Source: Sphingomicrobium sp.
Lineage (GTDB): Bacteria > Pseudomonadota > Alphaproteobacteria > Sphingomonadales > Sphingomonadaceae
Direction of reading: 5' to 3'
Assembly: GCA_035606455.1 (NCBI GenBank)
Contig: DATNFJ010000011.1
Coordinates: 2,034-66,033, forward strand
Length of the DNA: 64,000 nucleotides
The notes beneath the pieces were generated by a model. It had not been told where the DNA came from. It did no database searches and was given only the letters and a program-made list of their open reading frames with translations. Position 1 is the stretch's first letter. The number at the start of each line of letters is the position of its first letter. Positions 27,627 through 36,144 of the stretch are shown one piece after another. The position numbers and the translations under genes are program-made.

Positions 27627-27652
27627 GGAACCATCACGACGCACGTCAGGTT
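27627..27652 (+). promoter_or_regulatory. EcfG-like promoter of the MscS gene
   Basis: GGAAC-N17-GGTT just upstream of the ORF. Confidence 0.6.
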
Positions 27653-27658
27653 AAGCGG

Positions 27659-28678
27659 GTGATGCAGGACCCATCAAGCGCGTTGGCGAACAGCGCGGGC
27701 GCCGTCCCAGTTGCTGCCCATGGGCAGGTGCAGGGCCTCAAGATTTTCGGCGTCACCATGATCGGCGCCACGCAGCACAATTGGCACAAGCTGCTGCTGA
27801 CGATCGCCTTCATCGCGATTGCCTGGGTGATCGCGTGGGTGCTGCGCCAGATCCTCAAGCTGTTCATCGGCAGCCAATCGGGGACTCGGTTCCAGTTCTG
27901 GGCCAAGCAGGGCGTCAGCCTGGTCGTCGCCGCGATCCTGATCCTGGGCGTCATGTCGATCTGGTTCGACAGCCCGGCGCGGCTGGCGGGCGTGCTCGGC
28001 CTGATCGGTGCCGGCGTCGCCTTCGCGCTGCAGCGGGTGATCACCGCGGTCGCCGGCTATTTCGTGATCCTCCGAGGCAAGACCTTCAATGTCGGCGACA
28101 GGATATTGATGGGCGGCGTGCGCGGCGATGTCATCGGCCTCACCTTCATGCAGACCCGGATCATGGAGATGGGGCAATCGCCGAGGGAGAAGGACGACAA
28201 GGATTCGTGGGTCTACAGCCGCCAGTTCACCGGCCGGATCGTCACCGTCACCAACGACAAGGTGTTCGATTGCCCGGTGTACAACTACACCCACGAGTTC
28301 GCCTATCTGTGGGACGAGATGAGCTTTCCGGTGCACTTCCACCAGCACTTCCAGAACGCCGAGCGGATCATGTTGAAGGCGGCGAACGAGCAGGCGAAGA
28401 CCGCCAAGGTCCTGGGCAAGGAAGAGATCAAACGGCTCGAGGAGCGGTTCGGAATCGACGCCGGCGAGATCGATCCCAAGGTCTTCTGGCGAGTCACCGA
28501 GGACTGGCTGGAGATGACGGTCCGCTTCCTCGGACCCGATCACGGCATCCGCCACATCAAGGACCGGATGACCCGGCAGATCCTGGCCGACTTCGAGAAA
28601 GAGGGGATCCTGATCGCCGCGACCCGCCAGGAAGGCATCACGATCAAGCCCCGCAAACGCGCTTCGGGAAAAGGCTAG
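27659..28678 (+). CDS. MscS family mechanosensitive channel
   Basis: LGLIGAGVAFALQ, FNVGDRI, GDVIG, TM helices. Confidence 0.92.
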   Translation: MMQDPSSALANSAGAVPVAAHGQVQGLKIFGVTMIGATQHNWHKLLLTIAFIAIAWVIAWVLRQILKLFIGSQSGTRFQFWAKQGVSLVVAAILILGVMSIWFDSPARLAGVLGLIGAGVAFALQRVITAVAGYFVILRGKTFNVGDRILMGGVRGDVIGLTFMQTRIMEMGQSPREKDDKDSWVYSRQFTGRIVTVTNDKVFDCPVYNYTHEFAYLWDEMSFPVHFHQHFQNAERIMLKAANEQAKTAKVLGKEEIKRLEERFGIDAGEIDPKVFWRVTEDWLEMTVRFLGPDHGIRHIKDRMTRQILADFEKEGILIAATRQEGITIKPRKRASGKG

Positions 28679-29238
28679 GCGGGCTTCCTCGAAAGACCGA
28701 CCGCGGCGCGCTGGTAACCTTCGGCCATGTCCGCGAGAATTTGCGACATTTCGCGATTATAGGTGGCGCCGGCGAGGCGGCGGCACTTTTCGGCCTGGGC
28801 GTTCAAGGCTTCGACCTGCTCGTCGCTGACATCGACCAGCATGTTGACCGCGCCGGTGAACTTTCCTTCCGCATCGAACAAGGGCGTCGGATAGGGACGG
28901 AACGCCACCCGCGAGCCATCGGGCCGAAGCGCGATCGCGACCTTGTCACGGACCTCCTGCCGCTGCCGAATCGCTTCGGCCATCGGACATTGATCGTGCG
29001 GTATGCGGTCGCCATCGGTCGTGTAGATTTGCCAGCTGACGCACCACCTGTCCTGGCCCAGCTGCGGCACGCGTCCCGCGAGCGCGATGCAGGCCCGGTT
29101 CCAGTAGGTTACCGCACCCTCGGGGTCGGTCGTATAGATAGGCACCGGCAACTCATCGAGAACCGCCCGCCAGTCCGGCGCGCTCGAGAGGGCGTCAAGC
29201 GCCGTCTCGAGAAACAGCTCGGGATATTGTGCGGTCAC
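28675..29238 (-). CDS. Stand-alone PAS-domain protein
   Basis: LDELPVPIYTTDPEGAVTYWN...RPDGSRV...PLFDAEGKFTGAVNMLVD; GTG start 29238. Confidence 0.85.
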   Translation of the reverse strand: MTAQYPELFLETALDALSSAPDWRAVLDELPVPIYTTDPEGAVTYWNRACIALAGRVPQLGQDRWCVSWQIYTTDGDRIPHDQCPMAEAIRQRQEVRDKVAIALRPDGSRVAFRPYPTPLFDAEGKFTGAVNMLVDVSDEQVEALNAQAEKCRRLAGATYNREMSQILADMAEGYQRAAVGLSRKPA

Positions 29239-29277
29239 GATTGCCCCTGCCGAAGTAGATTCCAGCTTAGCCCCCTC

Positions 29278-29302
29278 AACCGGCCAGCAGCGTGCGGGTT
29301 CC
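29278..29302 (-). promoter_or_regulatory. EcfG-like promoter of the PAS gene
   Basis: GGAAC-N16-GGTT on - strand. Confidence 0.65.
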
Positions 29303-29405
29303 GGTCGGGCGCCTTTCCTATCGGCCTGTGTCGCTTGGACAACAGCCGGCGAATCGGCGGCGCGGAGAAAATCCTGTGGATGATCCACCCACAGTCCCCG
29401 CGGAT

Positions 29406-30134
29406 TCAGCGGAGGCGCTTGACGAGGAGGCCTCCGTCCTCGCCCGTCTTGACCTCGAAATTGGGCACCGCCTTGATGAGGTCGGAAAGACGCGTGTAGC
29501 CATAGTTGCGCGCGGCGAAGCTCGATACCGCTTTGGCGCGCTGGCCGAGCTCCGACAGAGGCGCGAATCCCTCCTCGTCGCGCTTCGACGCCTTGTAGGC
29601 CGAGCCGAGCACCTGGAGCAGCTCGGTGTCGACCGGACGCTGGCCCTTGCCCGCGGTCGGCTGCTCGAGCTGCTCCTCGTCGTTGAGCACGAGCGCGCCG
29701 ACGTCGAAGAAGCGCGTGCACGCCTGCTGGAAGGAGAGGGGAGTCTTCGCCGTTCCGAAGCCGTAGACCGGAAGGCCGTCCTCGCGGATGCGCTGGGCGA
29801 GGGGCAGGAAGTCGCTGTCCGACGACATGATCCCGAATCCGTCGACATTGCCGCGGTAGAGGAGGTCCATGGCATCGATGGTCATGCGCATGTCGGTCGC
29901 GCTCTTGCCCTTGACCACGTCGAACTGCTGCATCGGGATGATCGAGTGGAGACCGGTGAGCTGGCCCCAACCCTTGAGGCTAGCCTTCGCCCAATTGCCG
30001 TAGGCGCGGCGGATGTTGATCGTTCCGAGTTCGCCAAGCACCAGCAGCACTTCGTCGAGATGATCGGGGCTGGCGTTATCGGCATCGATCAGCAGGGCGA
30101 TATTGGCTTCCTGCTCTGCTTGGCGTTCGCGCAT
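29406..30134 (-). CDS. NYN (LabA/DUF88) domain protein with C-terminal OST-HTH/LOTUS
   Basis: LLIDADN, RRAYGNW, GKSATD..IDAMD, SSDSDF; RNYGYTRLSDLI. Confidence 0.92.
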   Translation of the reverse strand: MRERQAEQEANIALLIDADNASPDHLDEVLLVLGELGTINIRRAYGNWAKASLKGWGQLTGLHSIIPMQQFDVVKGKSATDMRMTIDAMDLLYRGNVDGFGIMSSDSDFLPLAQRIREDGLPVYGFGTAKTPLSFQQACTRFFDVGALVLNDEEQLEQPTAGKGQRPVDTELLQVLGSAYKASKRDEEGFAPLSELGQRAKAVSSFAARNYGYTRLSDLIKAVPNFEVKTGEDGGLLVKRLR

Positions 30135-30301
30135 CGTTCGAGTCTCTCTTTGCTGCCCTGTAGCGCCGCATCACGGAATCGCCACACCTCGGCGCAGACG
30201 GACGTTTCGTACATGGAACGTAAATCCCCGTAGCTGGAACGAAACGGCGGCTGAACCGCTAATGCCGCAATGAGTGGGCGCGTAACGGAAGGGATAAGAA
30301 G

Positions 30302-30697
30302 ATGAGGAAATTCGCTCTTGCAGCAGCCCTCGCCGCCGCTGGTTTGTCGGTGGCTGGCTGCGCCACCTACCCGGACCAGTACGGCTATAGCCCATACGGC
30401 TATGGGTCGCCGTACTATGGGAACGGTTACTACAACGGCTACAATAACGGCTATTACGGCAATCCGCAGGCCGGCAATGTCGTCGGCGGCGCCGCCATCG
30501 GCGCAGCCACCGGCGCGATCGCCGGCGCCGTCCTGCCGGGGATCCGGCCGGGCACCGGCGCAGTCGCCGGCGCGATCCTAGGCGGCGTTCTCGGCGCGAC
30601 CGTGCACGGCCGTCAATATTATCGCGATACCCGCGGTTATTGCTATTACGTCGACCAGTACGGGCAGCCGCACTACAGCTACGACATTCGTTGCTAG
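30302..30697 (+). CDS. Glycine-zipper lipoprotein, paralog 1
   Basis: Lipobox VAGC; Tyr/Gly/Asn-rich linker; GAAIGAATGAIAG zipper. Confidence 0.85.
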   Translation: MRKFALAAALAAAGLSVAGCATYPDQYGYSPYGYGSPYYGNGYYNGYNNGYYGNPQAGNVVGGAAIGAATGAIAGAVLPGIRPGTGAVAGAILGGVLGATVHGRQYYRDTRGYCYYVDQYGQPHYSYDIRC

Positions 30698-30742
30698 TCG
30701 CGCGGCGAAAGCCGCACCTGTTTCTTGAGCAAGCCGGTCAGG

Positions 30743-30768
30743 CGAGGCGGGAGGATGCTTCCGCCTCG
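30743..30768 (+). terminator. GC-rich hairpin after lipoprotein 1
   Basis: CGAGGCGGGAG-GATG-CTTCCGCCTCG. Confidence 0.5.
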
Positions 30769-30910
30769 TCGATCTGCGTCTGTTTCAGGAGTTCCGTTCC
30801 ATTCCGTTTTCGACACGGTTCATGGACCGCCTGCAGGGCTCCCGGGAACGAAACTGCCGCGAATGCACTGAAACTGCTGAGGGGCGGGGAATGACCTGGA
30901 GGACAATCGG

Positions 30911-31222
30911 ATGAAACGTCTCCTTATCTCAGCCGCTGCCGTGAGCAGTCTTGCGCTTGGCGGCTGCGCAACCAATCCCGCCACCGACCACATGATCGCA
31001 AGCGAAGCCACCGGAGCGGCCATCGGCGCGGGCGCCGGCGCGGTCGCCGGATCGGTCCTGCCGGGAATCGGCACGGGTGCCGGAGCCGTCGCAGGCGCAG
31101 TGCTGGGCGGAGTCATCGGAGCGGTCGTCGGCGGACGGCAATATTATCGCGACACCCGCGGCTATTGTTATTACGTCGACCAGTACGGCCAGCCGCATTA
31201 TAATTATAGCGTAAGGTGTTAA
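30911..31222 (+). CDS. Glycine-zipper lipoprotein, paralog 2
   Basis: Lipobox LGGC; zipper; same C-terminal motif as paralog 1; GGAGG RBS. Confidence 0.85.
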   Translation: MKRLLISAAAVSSLALGGCATNPATDHMIASEATGAAIGAGAGAVAGSVLPGIGTGAGAVAGAVLGGVIGAVVGGRQYYRDTRGYCYYVDQYGQPHYNYSVRC

Positions 31223-31232
31223 ACTGTATTCC

Positions 31233-31868
31233 TTAGACGGGGCGGAAGGTTTCTTCCGCCTCGTCTAATAAGTAAAGGCGCCCTTCCGATATCGAGAAGT
31301 GGCCGCCGTGAAGTTTCAGGGTTCCGGCGTGCTCGCGCTGCGCAATCCATGGAAAGGTGCGCAGGTTCGCGAGGCTGACCTTCACCGCTTCATGTTCCAT
31401 GTCGAGAAATGCCGCGCGGTCCAGCTCGCTGTGCCGAGCTCTCACCTGGTCGCGCGCGTCCTGGAGCATGCGCACCCAGTCACCGATGAAATGGCCCTCT
31501 CCCGGCGGGACATCGTCGAAGCTGCCGGTGAGGGCTGCGGCACAGCCGCCGCACATGCCATGGCCCATCACGAGGATTTCGCCGACTTCGAGCTGCGTGA
31601 CCGCGAACTCCAGCGCGGCCGATACGCCGTGGAATCCGGCGCTCGTCTCATAGGGCGGGGCGAGGGCGGCGATGTTGCGCGCGACGAACATTTCGCCGGG
31701 CCGGCTGTCGAAGATTTGCGCGGGATCGCTTCGGCTGTCCGCGCAGGCGAGGATCATCACCTGGGGGTTCTGCGCTTCGGCGAGCTCCGCCCAGCGTTCG
31801 CGTTCATGCCCCCAGTTGTTCTCCCGGAAGCGGTGGTAACCTTCGATCAGTTGGTTGAGGTAAGGCAT
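31233..31868 (-). CDS. Beta-class carbonic anhydrase
   Basis: CADSR, RNIA, ALEFAV, GHGMCGG. Confidence 0.95.
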   Translation of the reverse strand: MPYLNQLIEGYHRFRENNWGHERERWAELAEAQNPQVMILACADSRSDPAQIFDSRPGEMFVARNIAALAPPYETSAGFHGVSAALEFAVTQLEVGEILVMGHGMCGGCAAALTGSFDDVPPGEGHFIGDWVRMLQDARDQVRARHSELDRAAFLDMEHEAVKVSLANLRTFPWIAQREHAGTLKLHGGHFSISEGRLYLLDEAEETFRPV

Positions 31869-31934
31869 GGCCCGCCGCTAGCGAGATTTGGGGAGGGGTG
31901 GCAAGCGCCGGTAGCAGTCGCTATCTCCCGCGCC

Positions 31935-32852
31935 ATGAACGCTCCGGCCGCAGTCCCCAAGCAACGCAAGCCCGACTGGATCCGGGTCAAGGCGCCGGTC
32001 AGCGAAGGTTATCACGCGACGCGGCGGCTGATGCGCGAGCTCAATCTCGCGACCGTGTGCGAGGAAGCGGCCTGCCCGAACATCGGTGAGTGCTGGACCA
32101 AGAAGCACGCGACGGTGATGATCCTCGGCGACACATGCACGCGGGCCTGCGCATTTTGCAACGTGAAGACCGGAATGCCGCGCCCCGTGGACCCGCTGGA
32201 GCCGGAGCATGTCGCGACGGCCGCCGCCGAACTGGGCCTTGAGCATATCGTCGTGACCTCGGTCGACCGCGACGATCTGGCCGACGGCGGGGCGTCGCAG
32301 TTCGTGAAGGTGATCGAGGCGCTTCGCCGCAACACGCCGCGGACGACGATCGAGATCCTGACTCCGGATTTCCGCAACAAGAACGAGGCGGCGGTCGACG
32401 CGATCGTCGAGGCCGGCCCCGATGTCTACAACCACAATCTTGAGACCGTGCCGCGTCTCTATCCGACGATCCGCCCCGGAGCGCGTTATTATGCGTCGCT
32501 GCGCCTTCTCGAGAGCGTGAAGCGCAAGGCGCCGCACATCTTCACCAAGTCGGGGTTGATGGTCGGGCTCGGCGAAGAGCGGCTGGAAGTGCACCAGGTG
32601 ATGGACGACATGCGCTCGGCCGGCGTCGATTTCCTGACCATGGGCCAATATCTCCAACCGACTCCGCGTCACGCGAAGGTCGAGGAGTTCGTCACGCCCA
32701 AGGCGTTCGAAGCTTATGCGGCGATTGCCCGGGCCAAGGGCTTCCTGCTCGTCGCGGCCTCGCCTTTGACCCGTTCGAGCTATCACGCGGGCGACGATTT
32801 CAAGAAGATGCAGGACGCACGGATGGCGCAGCTGGAGCGTTCGGCCTCGTGA
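31935..32852 (+). CDS. lipA: Lipoyl synthase
   Basis: [34 protein letters not shown]. Confidence 0.98.
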   Translation: MNAPAAVPKQRKPDWIRVKAPVSEGYHATRRLMRELNLATVCEEAACPNIGECWTKKHATVMILGDTCTRACAFCNVKTGMPRPVDPLEPEHVATAAAELGLEHIVVTSVDRDDLADGGASQFVKVIEALRRNTPRTTIEILTPDFRNKNEAAVDAIVEAGPDVYNHNLETVPRLYPTIRPGARYYASLRLLESVKRKAPHIFTKSGLMVGLGEERLEVHQVMDDMRSAGVDFLTMGQYLQPTPRHAKVEEFVTPKAFEAYAAIARAKGFLLVAASPLTRSSYHAGDDFKKMQDARMAQLERSAS

Positions 32853-32854
32853 AC

Positions 32855-32953
32855 TTCCTCCCTGTCGCGAAGCGACGGGGAGGGGAACCGCTCAGCGCAG
32901 CTGAGTGGTGGAGAGTCCCCTCCGTCCCCACGAGCTGCGCTCGCAGGGAGGAT
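32855..32953. repeat. RIME-like palindromic intergenic element
   Basis: CCTCCCTGTCGCGAAGCGACGGGGAGG hairpin, CTCAGCGCAGCTGAG hairpin, terminal TCCTCCCTG/CAGGGAGGA inverted ends. Confidence 0.7.
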
Positions 32954-32955
32954 TG

Positions 32956-33417
32956 ATGCCGCGGCACAGCGAAACCAGGCACTTACCCTATACGCCCGAG
33001 CAGCTGTTCGACCTCGTGGCCGACGTCCAGGACTATGACGAATTCCTGCCCTGGGTGGTGGCGGTGCGGGTGCGCTCATCCAGCGAAAAAGAGACGGTCG
33101 CGGACCTGGTGGTCGGCTTCAACGCGTTCAAGGAGCGCTTCACCAGCAGGGTGGTCAAGGATCGCCCGCACAGGATCTGCGTCGATTATGTCGAAGGACC
33201 GCTCAAATATCTCCACAATGAATGGTCGTTCGAGCGGGCGTCCGATGGCGGCACCAACCTCCATTTCTCGGTCGATTTCGCTTTCCGCTCGCGGCTGTTC
33301 GAGAGCCTCGCCGGCGCGATGTTCGACCGGGCTTTGCGGCGCATGACGAGCGCATTCGAGCAGCGCGCCGCGGCGCTTTACGGCATCAGCAAGTCGAGCG
33401 CACAGAGCGCCGCCTGA
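32956..33417 (+). CDS. Coq10/RatA START-domain protein
   Basis: PYTPEQLFDLVADV..Y.EFLPW, GPLKYLHNEW, AFEQRA; follows lipA. Confidence 0.93.
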   Translation: MPRHSETRHLPYTPEQLFDLVADVQDYDEFLPWVVAVRVRSSSEKETVADLVVGFNAFKERFTSRVVKDRPHRICVDYVEGPLKYLHNEWSFERASDGGTNLHFSVDFAFRSRLFESLAGAMFDRALRRMTSAFEQRAAALYGISKSSAQSAA

Positions 33418-33881
33418 AGGCGGACGCCCGAACGCGTCTTTTCATCGAAGAATTTCTGGTCGGCGACGATCTTCGCCGGGTCGGCATCGCGTTCGGCGCG
33501 GGCGAAGACGACGGTTCCGACGGGCTTCGACTGGGTGCCGCCGCCGGGACCCGCGATCCCGGTGATCGCGACGGCGACGTCGGCGTCGGAAGCAGCGAGA
33601 GCACCGCGCGCCATCGCCCACGCCGTCGCGACGCTGACCGCGCCGAACGTATCGACCACCTCTTCGGACACTTTGAGCTCACTGATCTTGGCGGCGTTCG
33701 AGTAGGTGACGTAGCCCGCTTCGAACACGTCCGACGATCCGGGGATTTCCGTCAGCGCCGCGCTGACCAGCCCGCCGGTGCAGCTTTCGGCGATCGCCAG
33801 TCGGCGGCCGGCCGACCGGTTCGCGTCGACGACCTCGCGCGCCTTTTTGACCAACGCATCAGGAAGGAGGAACTCGCTCAA
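33378..33881 (-). CDS. CinA family / NMN amidohydrolase
   Basis: AESCTGG, YSNAAK, GAVS, ITGIAGPGGG; TTG overlapping ispDF stop. Confidence 0.93.
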   Translation of the reverse strand: MSEFLLPDALVKKAREVVDANRSAGRRLAIAESCTGGLVSAALTEIPGSSDVFEAGYVTYSNAAKISELKVSEEVVDTFGAVSVATAWAMARGALAASDADVAVAITGIAGPGGGTQSKPVGTVVFARAERDADPAKIVADQKFFDEKTRSGVRLQAALCALDLLMP

Positions 33882-35020
33882 CGCACATACCCCGTTCGAA
33901 TGGTCGCGACCGCCTGGGCGGCAATTCCCTCGCGCCGGCCGGCGAAGCCGAGCCCTTCCGTCGTGGTCGCCTTGATGCTCACCTGTTCGATTCTCAATTC
34001 CGCGATATCGGCAATGCGGGCACGCATCGCGTCGCGGTGAGGACCGATCTTCGGCGCCTCCGCGACGATGGTACAATCGACATGGTCGACGATCGCTCCG
34101 CGCGCGTGCAGCAGTTTGACGGCATGGGAGAGAAATAGGGACGAAGCCGCGCCTTTCCAGCGGGCGTCCGACGGCGGGAAATGCTCGCCGATGTCGCCGA
34201 GGCCCGCCGCGCCGAGCAACGCGTCCGTGATCGCGTGAAGCACGACGTCCGCGTCGCTGTGGCCGGCGAGGCCGCGGTCGTGCGGCACCTCGATGCCGCC
34301 GAGCATGAGCGGGCCCTCTCCGGCGAAGGCGTGGACGTCGAAACCCATGCCGGTCGACGGACGGAGCGCGCCGGCGAGCCATTGTTCGGCGCGGTCGAAA
34401 TCCGCGGGACGGGTGAGCTTGTCGAGCGCCGGATCGCCCTCGATCGCAGCGACCTTCATCCCGGCGGCGCCGAGGACCGTCGTTTCGTCGGTGGGGGAGG
34501 GGCCGGACCAACGCTCGTACGCCGACTGGAGCGCATCGAGACGGAAGGCCTGTGGGGTCTGGACGCGGACAAGGCCGGAGCGGTCGACCGGTCCCTCCAG
34601 CGTCTCGCCGATGCGCGCGAGCGTGTCGCCGACCGGCAGGACCGGCGCGGCGCCCTCGTAGAATTCGAGGCTGGCGATCAGGCGGTCGATGACTTCCGCC
34701 GGGCAGAAGGGGCGCGCGGCATCGTGGACCAGCACCGCATCGCCATCGATCGCCGCAAGGCCGGCGCGCACGGAGTCCGAACGCTCGGCGCCGCCCTCGA
34801 TCAGCTCGCCGACGTCCAGACCGCTAAGTGCGGCTCTGGCCTGCTCTTCCTGTCCCTTGCCGACCACCACGCGCGCGGATTGGACGGCGGGATGGCGGAC
34901 CAGCGACTCGACCGCCCAGCGCAGCACCGGCTTTCCGCCGAGAAGGCGATATTGCTTGGGCACTCCGCCGCCGGCCCGTTCGCCTTTCCCGGCGGCGACG
35001 ATGAGGGCGGTGGTGCTCAC
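33878..35020 (-). CDS. ispDF: Bifunctional IspD/IspF
   Basis: AAGKGER..PKQY, VHDAARP, QTPQAF; GFDVH, GHSDADV, GDIG.HFPP. Confidence 0.97.
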   Translation of the reverse strand: MSTTALIVAAGKGERAGGGVPKQYRLLGGKPVLRWAVESLVRHPAVQSARVVVGKGQEEQARAALSGLDVGELIEGGAERSDSVRAGLAAIDGDAVLVHDAARPFCPAEVIDRLIASLEFYEGAAPVLPVGDTLARIGETLEGPVDRSGLVRVQTPQAFRLDALQSAYERWSGPSPTDETTVLGAAGMKVAAIEGDPALDKLTRPADFDRAEQWLAGALRPSTGMGFDVHAFAGEGPLMLGGIEVPHDRGLAGHSDADVVLHAITDALLGAAGLGDIGEHFPPSDARWKGAASSLFLSHAVKLLHARGAIVDHVDCTIVAEAPKIGPHRDAMRARIADIAELRIEQVSIKATTTEGLGFAGRREGIAAQAVATIRTGYVR

Positions 35021-35085
35021 GAGCCGGGCCTCTAGGACCGCTGTCCTTGTCCGCCAAGGGCTCTTCCCTTATCTCCCGCCTTCCC

Positions 35086-36084
35086 ATGAGCAGGCTCACG
35101 CCCATCAGGATCGGCCCGATCGAGGTCGCGTCGCCGGTCATCCTGGCGCCGATGACGGCCGTCACCGACCTGCCGTTCCGGCGGGCGGTGAAGCGCTTCG
35201 GCGCGGGGCTGACGGTGAGCGAGATGATCGCCAGCCAGGCGATGATCCGCGAAACCCGCCAATCGCTTCAGAAAAGCCTTTGGGACCCGTGCGAGGAGCC
35301 GGTGTCGATGCAGCTTGCCGGGTGCGAGCCGCAGGTGATGGCCGAGGCGGCGAAGCTCAACGAGCAGCGCGGCGCGGCGATCATCGACATCAACATGGGC
35401 TGCCCCGTGAGGAAGGTCGTGAACGGCTGGGCCGGGTCGGCGCTGATGCGCGACCTCAAGGGCGCCGCCGCGATCATCGAAGCGACGGTCAAGGCGGTGC
35501 AGGTCCCCGTCACGCTGAAGACGCGCATGGGCTGGGACCACGACAGCCTCAACGCGCCCGAGCTCGCGCGCATCGCCGAGGATCTGGGCGTCAAGATGAT
35601 CACCATCCACGGCCGCACGCGTTGCCAGCTCTACAAGGGCACCGCCGACTGGAGGTTCGTGCGCCGGGTGAAGGACGCCGTCTCAATCCCGGTGATCGTC
35701 AACGGCGACATCAACTCGATCGATGACGCGCGGGAGGCGCTCCACCAGTCGGGCGCCGACGGCGTGATGATCGGCCGCGGCTCCTACGGCAAGCCGTGGT
35801 TCGTGGCGCAGGCGATGAGCGACCTTTGCGGGGGAGGGCATCGCCCCGATCCGAGTCTCGACGAGCAGCTCGCGACCATGCTCCGGCAATATGACGAGAT
35901 GCTGAGCCTGTACGGCACGCAGACCGGCGTGAACCTCGCCCGCAAGCATGTCGGCTGGTACACGAAGGGGCTCCCCGGCTCCGCCGAATTGAGGAACCGC
36001 GTGAACCAGCAAGACGATCCCGCGGTCGTGGTTCGGATGTTGCAGGAATTCTATTCGCCGTGGCTCGCCCGCTCGGCGGCGTGA
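35086..36084 (+). CDS. dusB: tRNA dihydrouridine synthase B (NifR3)
   Basis: [32 protein letters not shown]. Confidence 0.96.
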   Translation: MSRLTPIRIGPIEVASPVILAPMTAVTDLPFRRAVKRFGAGLTVSEMIASQAMIRETRQSLQKSLWDPCEEPVSMQLAGCEPQVMAEAAKLNEQRGAAIIDINMGCPVRKVVNGWAGSALMRDLKGAAAIIEATVKAVQVPVTLKTRMGWDHDSLNAPELARIAEDLGVKMITIHGRTRCQLYKGTADWRFVRRVKDAVSIPVIVNGDINSIDDAREALHQSGADGVMIGRGSYGKPWFVAQAMSDLCGGGHRPDPSLDEQLATMLRQYDEMLSLYGTQTGVNLARKHVGWYTKGLPGSAELRNRVNQQDDPAVVVRMLQEFYSPWLARSAA

Positions 36085-36144
36085 GCGGAATAGCACCAAC
36101 TCAACTGTGTTGATTCTGCAACGGTCGTGCTAGTGGCGCGCCGA

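Noticed and set aside
28675-29970. 431-aa ORF as a single protein
   Set aside because: Its N-terminal part is an off-frame read through the NYN gene; the PAS gene starts near 29238.
29406-30134. NYN nuclease as an anti-phage system
   Set aside because: NYN-LOTUS singletons are widespread and there are no defence-type neighbours.
30400-30460. CRISPR or tandem DNA repeat
   Set aside because: Short TACGGC/AACGGC-like repeats simply encode the Tyr-Gly-Asn tract; no repeat-spacer array seen in the window.
32956-33417. Toxin-antitoxin system (RatA)
   Set aside because: Coq10-like housekeeping gene next to lipA; no antitoxin partner.
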